Of a DNA stretch of 64,000 nucleotides, positions 1 to 10,735 are shown piece by piece. Position 1 is the stretch's first letter, and each line of letters begins with the position of its first letter. The position numbers and the translations under genes are program-made. Location: positions 352,001 to 416,000 of the forward strand of contig JAOPTT010000009.1 of NCBI GenBank assembly GCA_051531975.1, in the 5' to 3' direction. The notes beneath the pieces were generated by a model, which was not told where the DNA came from, searched no databases, and saw only the letters and a list, made by a program, of their open reading frames with translations. The DNA comes from Spirochaetaceae bacterium (lineage in GTDB: Bacteria > Spirochaetota > Spirochaetia > DSM-2461).

Positions 1-1675
<1,675 letters not shown>

Positions 1676-1679
<4 letters not shown>

Positions 1680-2569
1680 GACTTCTCCTTTTTAAAAAAT
1701 CCCCAGAAAACAAGCTGAACTATGCTAATTATTAATATTATTAATAATAAAACAATACCAACTGCAGACCCCATTCCTAAATCACCAGATTGAAACCCTT
1801 TTCTATATACATAACCAACCATTGTTAAACCAATATTATTAGGAGAATTTCCTCCCCACAAGATGTAACTCTCTTCAAACATAGAAAATCCACCTAATAT
1901 ACTTATAGTAGTCACAAAAATAATAATTGGTTTTAATAGAGGGAGTGTTATTATACGAAATTTTTGAAAAATATTCGCTCCATCGATATCAGCGGCTTCA
2001 TATAACTCATGGGGTATTGCTTGTAGCCCTGACATAAAATAAACTATATTAATTCCTGTCCAACGCCATAAAGCTGTGATTACAAGTAAAAACATGGCAT
2101 GGTACCTACCAGCCATCAACCAAGACTGAGGTTCCAAATTAAACTTTAACAGTATAGAGTTTATAAATGCACTATCCGATGAGGCAAAAAGTAATCTAAT
2201 GACTGTTCCGGCAACAACAACTGATATTAATGAAGGGATAAAAAATATTGATCTAAATATCTTGCTACCTGCAAAATTATTACTATTTAATATAGTTGCA
2301 AATATGATTGGTATCGGGATTAAAACTGCAATTGTTAATACTGTGTATATAAATGAATTTTTTATAGCAATAAAAAAATGTTCATCATTTAATTGACTAT
2401 AATTTTCTAAACCTATAAACGTTACTTCTCCTGGTACTATATTTTGAAAGCTCATAATAATAGTAGAAAGTAATGGATATAGATAAAAAATAAAAAATGA
2501 AAAAATAAATGGTGCGACAAAAACATAGGGAACTATATCACGCTGCAATTTATTTGATCTTTTTATCAT
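1676..2569 (-). CDS. araP: Carbohydrate ABC transporter permease (AraP/MalF-like)
   Basis: ELYEAADIDGA loop, hydrophobic segments; ATG at 2569 preferred because GAGGTG lies just upstream; 4-nt overlap with next permease. Confidence 0.88.
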
Positions 2570-2587
2570 TGTTACCACCTCAAATTA

Positions 2588-2617
2588 GAAAAGTACCCCT
2601 TTTAATAAGGGATACCT
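2588..2617 (-). terminator. Intra-operon hairpin with U-tract after the binding-protein gene
   Basis: Minus strand gtatccctt-attaa-aaggggtac followed by ttttct. Confidence 0.6.
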
Positions 2618-2627
2618 TATATATATT

Positions 2628-3926
2628 TTAATTTCTTATTTTATCTGCAGCATCTTTTAATGCTTGTGCTGGGGTTTTAGATTGATCACCTAAAGCTTGG
2701 AACATAACATCGTGTTTTATTAAATCCGAAAGTTCTGGTAAGTCAGATGTAATTGTTACAGGATTTATTTCGTCTTTTACTTCTAAAAGAATGCTAAAAA
2801 TATCATCATTTTGAAAGTATTTAGTAAATTTATTTTCTGCTTTTAAAGCTTCATCATTCCATACGGACCATCTTGGAGGATCAAATCCAAGAACAGACCA
2901 AAGTTCAATATTACTTTCCTCTGTTAATTTAGCAAAAGCTAGGAAGTCTTTAGTAATTTGTACATCTTCTGCTTGTTTTGTAACAACTGTAGCTGTTCCA
3001 CCCATACCAGCAGATCGTTTTCCACCTTTCTCCCAACTTGGAAGAGGTTTAATAACAATTTTACCTTCTAGTTCTGGCATGTAATCTGTAAATCGACCCA
3101 TGTACCACATTGGCATAAGTATTGAAGCATAATCTCCAGCGTTCATAGCACCATAATATTCCTCTGAATGATGAAATCCACCAGGCGCTGCTTCAGCAAT
3201 TTTGTTTTTATATATCATATCGTGTAAAAACTCTAAAGTACTGATATTCACACTATTATCTAATGCAACACTTCCATCGGTGTTGAAAAAGTCGGAATTA
3301 CGCTGAGAAATCATTGGCCAGAAAGTCCATTGATCAGTTGTCTCTACAGTTGTCATTAGTTTGCCAGTTACTGACTTAACTTTTGCCCCTGCAACTACAT
3401 AATCATCCCATGTTTCTATATCATCTACATTAACGCCGGCAGCAGTTAACAATTCAACATTGTAATACATCACAGCTGCACCTACATGAAATGGAAGTCC
3501 ATAATAGTTATTATCTTTTGAGTAGATTTGATATCTAGATAGAACTAATTCATCTGCAACCGGATCAATATAGTCATTTAGTGCTTCTAACTGGACTTGC
3601 CCTTTTAAATAATTGGGGAATTTACTAATCTCTATATCTGCTAATGCAGGGGCACCTACACCTGATTGCAATGCAATCAATAGTTTATTATGCATATCAT
3701 CGTATGGAAATGTTTCTGCCATCAATTCTATTTGTCTATCAGGATTTTCAATGTTCCATCTTTCTGCAGCAGCTTCATAAAATTGCTGATGTAATTCATT
3801 AAAAGTCCAAAATGTTACCTCTTGTGCTCCAGTTGCACTAGTACTTTCTTTTTGACCATTACCAAACATAGTAGTTGATAAAAGTAATAATAAAAAAATT
3901 ATTACTAATTGTTTCAAGTTGTTCAT
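2628..3926 (-). CDS. araN: Arabino-oligosaccharide ABC substrate-binding protein (AraN-like)
   Basis: Signal peptide; FWTFNELH, KLLIALQSGVGAPALADIE, PMWYMGRF, SAGMGGT motifs resembling AraN; GGAG RBS. Confidence 0.85.
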   Translation of the reverse strand: MNNLKQLVIIFLLLLLSTTMFGNGQKESTSATGAQEVTFWTFNELHQQFYEAAAERWNIENPDRQIELMAETFPYDDMHNKLLIALQSGVGAPALADIEISKFPNYLKGQVQLEALNDYIDPVADELVLSRYQIYSKDNNYYGLPFHVGAAVMYYNVELLTAAGVNVDDIETWDDYVVAGAKVKSVTGKLMTTVETTDQWTFWPMISQRNSDFFNTDGSVALDNSVNISTLEFLHDMIYKNKIAEAAPGGFHHSEEYYGAMNAGDYASILMPMWYMGRFTDYMPELEGKIVIKPLPSWEKGGKRSAGMGGTATVVTKQAEDVQITKDFLAFAKLTEESNIELWSVLGFDPPRWSVWNDEALKAENKFTKYFQNDDIFSILLEVKDEINPVTITSDLPELSDLIKHDVMFQALGDQSKTPAQALKDAADKIRN

Positions 3927-3971
3927 AACTTCTCCTTAAAATTGGTATGCATATCACATATTCGGGTATGT

Positions 3972-4005
3972 ATCATATATTATGATCATAAAAAGAATGT
4001 GTCAA
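3972..4005 (-). promoter_or_regulatory. sigma70-type promoter of araN with overlapping ATCAT-N5-ATGAT operator
   Basis: Minus strand TTGACA (4005-4000), 17 nt, TAATAT (3982-3977); palindrome ATCATATATTATGAT at 3972-3986 covers the -10. Confidence 0.65.
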
Positions 4006-4074
4006 GCTAAATTAGTTGCAAGAAGGTGTTTTAAGATGTTTATGGTTGGAATTATGTATATTTAGGCTTTTTGT

Positions 4075-4093
4075 ATATCATGAAATATGATAT
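4075..4093. promoter_or_regulatory. Second ATCAT-N5-ATGAT palindromic operator upstream of the regulator
   Basis: ATATCATGAAATATGATAT, same core as 3972-3986. Confidence 0.6.
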
Positions 4094-4158
4094 GGTGTGG
4101 TTAGTTATAGTATGTTATCATAATAACTAATATGGTATACTTTTTAAGTGAGGGAATC

Positions 4159-5076
4159 ATGAAAGGTAAAATAATGCTTATCGATCCTATTAAGGATCTA
4201 AATATAATTAAAGGCTTAGGTTCTGAAATTAGAATAAAAATTCTTAATGAACTAAGACATGGAGAACAGAATATAAATGACCTAGCATCATTATTAGATC
4301 TACCACAATCAACAGTGGCAACCAATATTATCACTCTTGAAAAGGTCGGTCTTGTATCCTCTGAAATAAAAAAAGCAACAAAAGGAAATCAAAAAGTTTG
4401 TAAAAATAACTTTGATGAATATATTATCTCTTTTCAAGATGAAAAGAGTGTTGATAACGAGTCCATTGTTGTTGATATGCCAGTGGGTTTATTTATAGAA
4501 TATGATATATTAGCACCGTGTGGTATGTGTACATCACGAAAAATTGTAGGTTTTTTGGATACACCGGAATCATTTCTTGAACCAGAAAGAATTAGTGCTG
4601 GTCTTTTATGGTTTGAAAAAGGCTTTGTAAAATATCAATTCCCTAACAATTCAATAAATAAAAAAAAGAAAGTTAAAAAACTAGAAGTTATGGTAGAACT
4701 CTCATCAGAAATTCCTGGTACTAACGATAAATGGCTATCTGACATAACCCTTAATATAAATGAAAAAGAAGTAGGGACATGGACAAGTCCTGGAGATTTT
4801 GGAGACAAAAGAGGTAAATACACTCCAGAGTGGTGGAAACTAGAAGGATCACAATATGGCCTTTTAAAAACATGGACAATATCAGAAGAAGGCTCATTTG
4901 TTGATGGGAAGGCTATTTCAAACTTAACAATTGACGATTTAGAATTAGATCTGCATCACTCTATAAAAGTGAAATTCGAAGTAAAAGAAGATGCCGAGAA
5001 TGTTGGAGGTATTAATATCTTTGGAAAAGGTTTTGGTAATTATAACAATGATATTAAACTAATTTTATCATTTTAG
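4159..5076 (+). CDS. ArsR-family winged-HTH transcriptional regulator with C-terminal effector domain
   Basis: GLGSEIRIKILNEL...NINDLASLLDLPQSTVATNIITLEKVGLV HTH; C-terminal WTSPGDFGDKRG and WWKLEGSQYG; ATG 4159 follows GAGGGA. Confidence 0.85.
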   Translation: MKGKIMLIDPIKDLNIIKGLGSEIRIKILNELRHGEQNINDLASLLDLPQSTVATNIITLEKVGLVSSEIKKATKGNQKVCKNNFDEYIISFQDEKSVDNESIVVDMPVGLFIEYDILAPCGMCTSRKIVGFLDTPESFLEPERISAGLLWFEKGFVKYQFPNNSINKKKKVKKLEVMVELSSEIPGTNDKWLSDITLNINEKEVGTWTSPGDFGDKRGKYTPEWWKLEGSQYGLLKTWTISEEGSFVDGKAISNLTIDDLELDLHHSIKVKFEVKEDAENVGGINIFGKGFGNYNNDIKLILSF

Positions 5077-5085
5077 GAGACGGAT

Positions 5086-6420
5086 TTGAACTTAATACAC
5101 ATATATAAAGACTTTGCAGACTCTACTAAATATCTTTTTGTATGTAACAACTTATATGCAAATATGTTAACAAATTTTAAAGATTTTATTTCAGACAGAT
5201 CTATCTTCATAATTAATGATGAAAATACTAAGGTTGCTGCAGGTAATGAATTTATAGAGTTTTGTAAAAAAAACAGTATAAAAGTAAACTCAGAATATAC
5301 TTTCAAAAATATCCCTGAACTTGATGCTTCATATAAAAATGTCGAAATTTTAAAGGAATCCTTATCTAAAACAGATTCCATACCAATAGCAATTGGTAGT
5401 GGAACAATAAATGATTTAGTAAAACGTGCATCATTTGAATTGAATAGAAAATATGGAATTATAGCTACTGCGGCCTCAGTTGACGGGTATGCCTCAGATG
5501 GTGCAGCTATTTTATATAACGGTTTAAAGCAGACTATGCCATGTCCAGCTCCAGAATTTATAGCTGCAGATCCAAAAGTTTTAATAGATGCTCCTATAGA
5601 ATCTAGCTCTTCTGGTTATGCAGATCTTTTAGCTAAGAACCCTGCAGGAGCCGATTGGATTCTAGCAGATATAGTAGGTCTTGATAAAATAAATAGATCA
5701 GCATGGAATCTGATTCAGAAAGATCTGCTAAAGTGGACGACAAACCCAGAGAGGTTAGCTCAAAAAGATGAAGTCATTATTTCAGACCTTATGACAGGAT
5801 TAACCGTTTCTGGTTTTGCAATGCAATTAATGAAAAGATCTAGACCAGTCTCAGGAGCAGAGCATCTTATGTCCCATGTATGGGAGATGGAAAATTTAAT
5901 GTTTAATAACAAACATGTTTCCCACGGTTTTAAAGTTGCTATTGGCTCACTTTCGAGCGTTGCTTTAATGGAAACTATCTTAAATATAAATATATATGAT
6001 TTTGATATAGATAGTGTTATAAAAAACTGGCCTACTTGGGATGTTAGAAAACAAGAGATAATTGATGATTTTTCAGATTTAAATGATATTGAAAATCTAC
6101 TCACTATTAACAAAGAAAAGTATATAAAAAAGGACCAACTATATAAGAGACTTCTGGATATAGTAAATAACTGGGAACATATAAAGTTTGAAGTTAATAA
6201 ACATCTACTACCGTATAAAGAGTTAAAATATAGATTGTTTAAAGCTGGTTGCCCAACTTTACCACAAGATATTGGGTTAACAAAAAGTCACATATTAAGA
6301 ACTTATAAAAAAGCAGGTATGTTAAGAAATAGGTATACGATATTAGACTTTGTTTATGAAATGGGTTTAATGGATAACTGTTTAGAATCTATTTCAAAGT
6401 CAGATATCTATCTAAACTAA
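5086..6420 (+). CDS. egsA: sn-glycerol-1-phosphate dehydrogenase (EgsA/AraM family)
   Basis: AIGSGTINDLVK, TAASVDGYAS, SRPVSGAEHLMSHVWEM, HGFKVAIG motifs; TTG start after AGGAG. Confidence 0.85.
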   Translation: MNLIHIYKDFADSTKYLFVCNNLYANMLTNFKDFISDRSIFIINDENTKVAAGNEFIEFCKKNSIKVNSEYTFKNIPELDASYKNVEILKESLSKTDSIPIAIGSGTINDLVKRASFELNRKYGIIATAASVDGYASDGAAILYNGLKQTMPCPAPEFIAADPKVLIDAPIESSSSGYADLLAKNPAGADWILADIVGLDKINRSAWNLIQKDLLKWTTNPERLAQKDEVIISDLMTGLTVSGFAMQLMKRSRPVSGAEHLMSHVWEMENLMFNNKHVSHGFKVAIGSLSSVALMETILNINIYDFDIDSVIKNWPTWDVRKQEIIDDFSDLNDIENLLTINKEKYIKKDQLYKRLLDIVNNWEHIKFEVNKHLLPYKELKYRLFKAGCPTLPQDIGLTKSHILRTYKKAGMLRNRYTILDFVYEMGLMDNCLESISKSDIYLN

Positions 6421-8240
6421 TTAGTATTACAAGGTATTAGGATTTTAAAACGACAACCTCCCTCTGGCCTATTACTAGCATAAATTTCACCACTGTATTT
6501 TTTAATAATTCCATAAATTACAGATAGACCAAGTCCCATATTGTGTTCATTTTTTTTCTTTGTTGAGAAGAAAGGTAAAAATATATCCTTTGAATACTTT
6601 TCATCTATACCTGTTCCACTATCGTCTATAATTATACATGCATTATTATCCTCTATATCTGTGTGTATATTTATAGTTCCCCCATTTGGCATTGCTTCAA
6701 AACTATTTTTCATTAAATTAAGAAAGACCTGTTTCATCTCATTTCGGCTACTATGAATAAAAAGCTCATCTACAGCTTTATTAAATATTATTTTAATTTT
6801 TTTATGTTTTGCATTAAACCTAATTAAATTAATCAGACTCACAATAAGATCATTAAGATCATAATATTCTAGGGATGAATTGTTGTTATCTGAAAATGAG
6901 ATCAGATTACTCACAATAACTTTAATATCGTGTAATTCCTCTTCTATTTCAGAAATAATTTCCCGGTGTTCTTTGTTTTTTGTACCCATGTTCAGATAAT
7001 TCAGATGGTTATATATTATTTCTAGGGGGTTATTAATTTCATGAGCTACACCAGCTGCTAATAACCCAACAGAAGCTAATTTTTCAGATAAGTTAATCTG
7101 TTCTCTCAATTTTTCTTGTTCAGAAATATCTTCAAATATAATTATATTTCCAATTAAAAATGCACCATCGTATATAGGGAAGGTCTTAAAGTTTATTATC
7201 TTCATCTCTTCTAATAGAGTAAAAGGAATATTATAACCAGAGGACTCTTTTTTACCTATAAATGCATTGTGTAAATCATTTAAAAGGGTTGTGTTTTTTG
7301 AATCTAATAATACTTCTAAATTCTTCCCTCTTAAGTTTTGTCCGCTAATATTAAAAAACTTTTTTGCTGTTTGATTTATTAGTTTTATATTATTTGCATC
7401 ATCTGTAACTATTAGATTTGTTGGAAGTTGTTGTAATATAGCTTCATTATATTTTAGTAGTTGATAAAACTCTTTACTGGTATTTGTTAACTCTTCATCA
7501 CTATTTAACTGAGAATGGCATAATTTAATCAAATTTAATCGATCTATATTATTAACCGAGTCTGTAATAAAAATTTGACCACTTCTTAATATAGAAAAAG
7601 TATGGGCAAAGTTATAGATATCATCTATTTTATGGGATAGACAAAGTATAGACATGTTATCTTTGATTTCATTTTTTAAAAGAGAGGTGATTTTTTTTAA
7701 ATCTGTACCGGATAATTTCTCAAGAGACTCATCCAAAATTAGTAATTTTGGTCTCCTAATTAGTGCTCTAATAATATTTATCACTATTTTTTCTGATAAA
7801 TATAGGTCTTTATACAGTCTGGTTGGATCTAAATCTATCCCATACTCTAAAAGAATCTTTTTCGATTCACTTAACATCCCGCTTTTATTAAGTTTAATGT
7901 TGTTCATAAAATTACATGGAGTAAAAAGATTTTCTGCAATTGTAAAGTTATCTATTAAGAAAATGTCCTGATGAACAGTCTGAATACCTAAAGATTGAGC
8001 CTTGGAAATTGATAAAGCATTTAACTTATTCCCAAAAAATATCATTTCACCACTGTTTACAGGTGAATTCCCAGATAAAATCTCCCCTATATATGTTTTC
8101 CCTGAATCGTGGTCTCCAACTATTGCATGTATTTCTCTAGGATATAGGTCTAGGGATAGGTTTTTTATAACATTGTGACTATCCACTATAAGTTCTATAT
8201 TGTCCAACTGTATAATTGGCTTTAATTTATGATATTCCAT
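6417..8240 (-). CDS. Fusion protein: sugar-ABC ATPase-like domain + PAS-like domain + histidine kinase
   Basis: N-terminal GDHDSGKT (Walker A), TVHQD (Q-loop), LLILDES (Walker B), LSHK (H-loop); PAS-like AILQQLPTNLIVTD...LINQTAKKFF; H-box GVAHEINNPL, N-box LNLMKNSFEAM, DDSGTGI, FLPFFSTK, GLGLS. No transmembrane helix seen. Confidence 0.9.
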   Translation of the reverse strand: MEYHKLKPIIQLDNIELIVDSHNVIKNLSLDLYPREIHAIVGDHDSGKTYIGEILSGNSPVNSGEMIFFGNKLNALSISKAQSLGIQTVHQDIFLIDNFTIAENLFTPCNFMNNIKLNKSGMLSESKKILLEYGIDLDPTRLYKDLYLSEKIVINIIRALIRRPKLLILDESLEKLSGTDLKKITSLLKNEIKDNMSILCLSHKIDDIYNFAHTFSILRSGQIFITDSVNNIDRLNLIKLCHSQLNSDEELTNTSKEFYQLLKYNEAILQQLPTNLIVTDDANNIKLINQTAKKFFNISGQNLRGKNLEVLLDSKNTTLLNDLHNAFIGKKESSGYNIPFTLLEEMKIINFKTFPIYDGAFLIGNIIIFEDISEQEKLREQINLSEKLASVGLLAAGVAHEINNPLEIIYNHLNYLNMGTKNKEHREIISEIEEELHDIKVIVSNLISFSDNNNSSLEYYDLNDLIVSLINLIRFNAKHKKIKIIFNKAVDELFIHSSRNEMKQVFLNLMKNSFEAMPNGGTINIHTDIEDNNACIIIDDSGTGIDEKYSKDIFLPFFSTKKKNEHNMGLGLSVIYGIIKKYSGEIYASNRPEGGCRFKILIPCNTN

Positions 8241-9555
8241 ATTTTTCCAACTTATTATACAAGGTTTTTCTACTAATTTTTAATATTTCAGAAGTTCGTT
8301 TTTTATTATTACCAGTCTTTTGTAAAGTTTTAATTATCAGATTTTTTTCGTTATCTTTTATAATATCAAAGCTGTTTGTAAATTCTTTTTTTCCTAGAAA
8401 AGAGGGTGGTAGTTCATTTAGATCAATAATAGAGTTTGTGCAAATTGCGGCAGCATAGTTGACTATATTTTTTAGTTCCCTAATATTCCCTCTCCAATCA
8501 TTTTCCATCATTGATGATAAAAAGTCATATGTGTATTTTAGCTCTGTAGTACCATTATCTTTTTTAAATTGCTCTAGAAAATGATCTACTAATAGTGGAA
8601 TATCATCTTTTCTCTCCCTTAAGGGAGGTATATATAAAGTTGCAGTGGATAATCTATAATATAGATCTTCTCTAAACTGATTTTTCTTAATTAATTCTTT
8701 TAAGTCCTTATTTGTTGAGGCTATAAATCTAACGTCAATTATTGTCGTTGTTTCAGAACCGATTGGGCGTATTTCACTATTTTGAAGAGTTCTTAATATT
8801 TTAGCCTGGGTTTGTAGAGACATATCTCCTATTTCGTCTAATAACAGGGTTCCACCATTTGCTTTCTCAAAGACCCCTTTATATTTGTTATGAGCCCCAG
8901 TATAAGCACCTTTTTCATGACCAAAAAGTTCATTGTCTAATAAGTTTTCTGGGAACGCTGAACAATTTATTTTAATGATTTTTTGTCCACTTCGTAAGGA
9001 GTTATTATGAATGTATTCGGCTAACCCTTCCTTGCCTGTTCCACTTTCCCCTTGTATTAAAATTGGGAAATCCGTAGTAGATAACTTTTTTGCTTTTAAT
9101 AAAATATCTGTAATTAATTGATTTTCACTTATAATTTGAGGAGACAGGACTTTTACTTTCTGCTTAAGGTTACTATTCTCTATATTAAGTAACCTCATCT
9201 TAGAAGCATTTTCTACAATAATTAATAATTTATTAAACTCTAATGGCTTTTGGATAAAGTCAAATGCACCTAACTTAATAGCTTCCACTGCTATCTCTAT
9301 AGTTCCAAAACCGGTAATCATAATTACTGGAAGATGAAAATCATAATCTTTTATCTGTTTAAGAAGTTCAATACCATCTTCATCACCTAGTGCAACATCT
9401 AATAAAACAACATCGGGATGACTATTTTTTAATTCAATTAGACTTTCTTCACTATTTGTTTTATATGAAACACTGTACCCTATGTGTTCAAAATTTCTAC
9501 AAAGACTTTTACATAGTTTGATATTATCATCTATTATTAAAATTGACTTTTTCAA
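8227..9555 (-). CDS. NtrC-family sigma54-dependent response regulator
   Basis: Receiver (IIDD, VVLLD, FIQKP), AAA+ GESGTGKE, ELFGHEKGAYTGA, LLLDEIG, WRGNIRELKN, Fis-type HTH; likely TTG start at 9555 after AAGGT (ORF track extends to 9630). Confidence 0.93.
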   Translation of the reverse strand: MKKSILIIDDNIKLCKSLCRNFEHIGYSVSYKTNSEESLIELKNSHPDVVLLDVALGDEDGIELLKQIKDYDFHLPVIMITGFGTIEIAVEAIKLGAFDFIQKPLEFNKLLIIVENASKMRLLNIENSNLKQKVKVLSPQIISENQLITDILLKAKKLSTTDFPILIQGESGTGKEGLAEYIHNNSLRSGQKIIKINCSAFPENLLDNELFGHEKGAYTGAHNKYKGVFEKANGGTLLLDEIGDMSLQTQAKILRTLQNSEIRPIGSETTTIIDVRFIASTNKDLKELIKKNQFREDLYYRLSTATLYIPPLRERKDDIPLLVDHFLEQFKKDNGTTELKYTYDFLSSMMENDWRGNIRELKNIVNYAAAICTNSIIDLNELPPSFLGKKEFTNSFDIIKDNEKNLIIKTLQKTGNNKKRTSEILKISRKTLYNKLEKYGIS

Positions 9556-9558
9556 AGT

Positions 9559-9609
9559 TGTTACCTTTTTACACATAAGGACTGTGTACCTATGTGTAAA
9601 ATTTATACA
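9559..9609. promoter_or_regulatory. Two TGT-N9-ACA candidate upstream activating sequences
   Basis: TGTTACCTTTTTACA (9559-9573) and TGTAAAATTTATACA (9595-9609), about 95-145 bp upstream of the -24/-12 element. Confidence 0.5.
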
Positions 9610-9703
9610 CCCACCCAGAGTATCTGTCAAATAAAATATAGTAAAAACGTTAAAACCGGTATATATTGGTGTTTCAGGTATCTTTTAGTATTATTTACAA
9701 TTT

Positions 9704-9719
9704 TGGCACAGCAATTGCA
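9704..9719 (+). promoter_or_regulatory. sigma54 (-24/-12) promoter of the furanose ABC operon
   Basis: TGGCAC-AGCAA-TTGCA with GG-N10-GC spacing, 36 nt before the ATG, next to a bEBP gene. Confidence 0.88.
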
Positions 9720-9755
9720 TTTAGGTAGACAAACAATATTTCAAAGGGGAATAAA

Positions 9756-10721
9756 ATGAACAAAATGTTAAAAACATTAGCTACAGTGTTAATGGTGGTT
9801 ATGTGTCTACCAGGTCTTTTTGCTAGCAGTCAAAAAGAAGATGATGGGAAAATTGTAGTAGGTTTCTCACAAATTGGTTCCGAAAGTGCATGGAGAGTTG
9901 CAAATACTGAATCTATCACAAGTGAAGCGAAGAATAGACCAAACATTGATCTAAAGTTTTCTGATGCTCAACAGAAACAAGAAAATCAAATTAAAGCTTT
10001 ACGAACTTTTATTGCACAGGGTGTAGATGTAATAGCATTCTCTCCAGTTGTTGAGACAGGTTTTGAGTCTGTTTTAATAGAAGCAAAAGAAGCTGGGATT
10101 CCTGTAATTTTAACAGATAGAGCTGTTGATGTTAAAGATGATTCTCTGTGGGTTTCTTTTATGGGTTCTGACTTTGTTGAAGAAGGAAGAAAAGCTGCAA
10201 GATGGTTAATAGAAGAAGGTCATACAGATGTTAATATTGTTGAACTTCAAGGTACTGTTGGATCTGCTCCAGCAATAGACAGAAAAAACGGTTTTGAAGA
10301 AGTTATTAAAAGTGAACCTGGAATGAAGATTATTAAAACTCAAAGTGGTAGCTTTACAAGAACTGGTGGAAAAGAGGTTATGGAAGCTTTCTTAAAAGCT
10401 GAAGGTGATAATATCCAAGTTCTATATGCACACAATGACGATATGGCGATTGGTGCAATTCAAGCAATCGAAGAGTATGGTTTAATACCTGGCACTGACA
10501 TTATAATAATCTCTATTGATGCTGTAAGAGGCGCATTTGAAGCTATGGTTGATGGTAAATTAAACTGCACTGTAGAATGTAGTCCACTACTTGGACCTCA
10601 GTTATTTGATGCTGTTGAGGCGTTAATGAGAGGTGAAGAGATTCCTAAAAGAATTGTTACAGAGGAAAGTATTTATCCACAATCTGTTGCTGCAAGCACA
10701 ATTGATAGCAGACAGTACTAA
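9756..10721 (+). CDS. ytfQ: Monosaccharide (furanose) ABC substrate-binding protein, YtfQ-like
   Basis: VGFSQIGSESAWRVANTESI, FSDAQQKQENQIKA, AHNDDMAIGAIQAI motifs. Confidence 0.85.
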   Translation: MNKMLKTLATVLMVVMCLPGLFASSQKEDDGKIVVGFSQIGSESAWRVANTESITSEAKNRPNIDLKFSDAQQKQENQIKALRTFIAQGVDVIAFSPVVETGFESVLIEAKEAGIPVILTDRAVDVKDDSLWVSFMGSDFVEEGRKAARWLIEEGHTDVNIVELQGTVGSAPAIDRKNGFEEVIKSEPGMKIIKTQSGSFTRTGGKEVMEAFLKAEGDNIQVLYAHNDDMAIGAIQAIEEYGLIPGTDIIIISIDAVRGAFEAMVDGKLNCTVECSPLLGPQLFDAVEALMRGEEIPKRIVTEESIYPQSVAASTIDSRQY

Positions 10722-10735
10722 TAAAGGAGATATAA

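Noticed and set aside
6417..8240. ABC-kinase fusion as two genes merged by a frameshift or lost stop
   Set aside because: Single clean ORF; the NBD is uniformly diverged and joined by a helical linker, and an intact ytfR exists separately. Read-level confirmation is still advisable.
9556..9630. N-terminal extension of the NtrC-type ORF
   Set aside because: Runs through the UAS region; the receiver domain begins at the TTG at 9555 with an RBS. Extensions of proS, htpG and the YesN-type gene were trimmed for the same reason.
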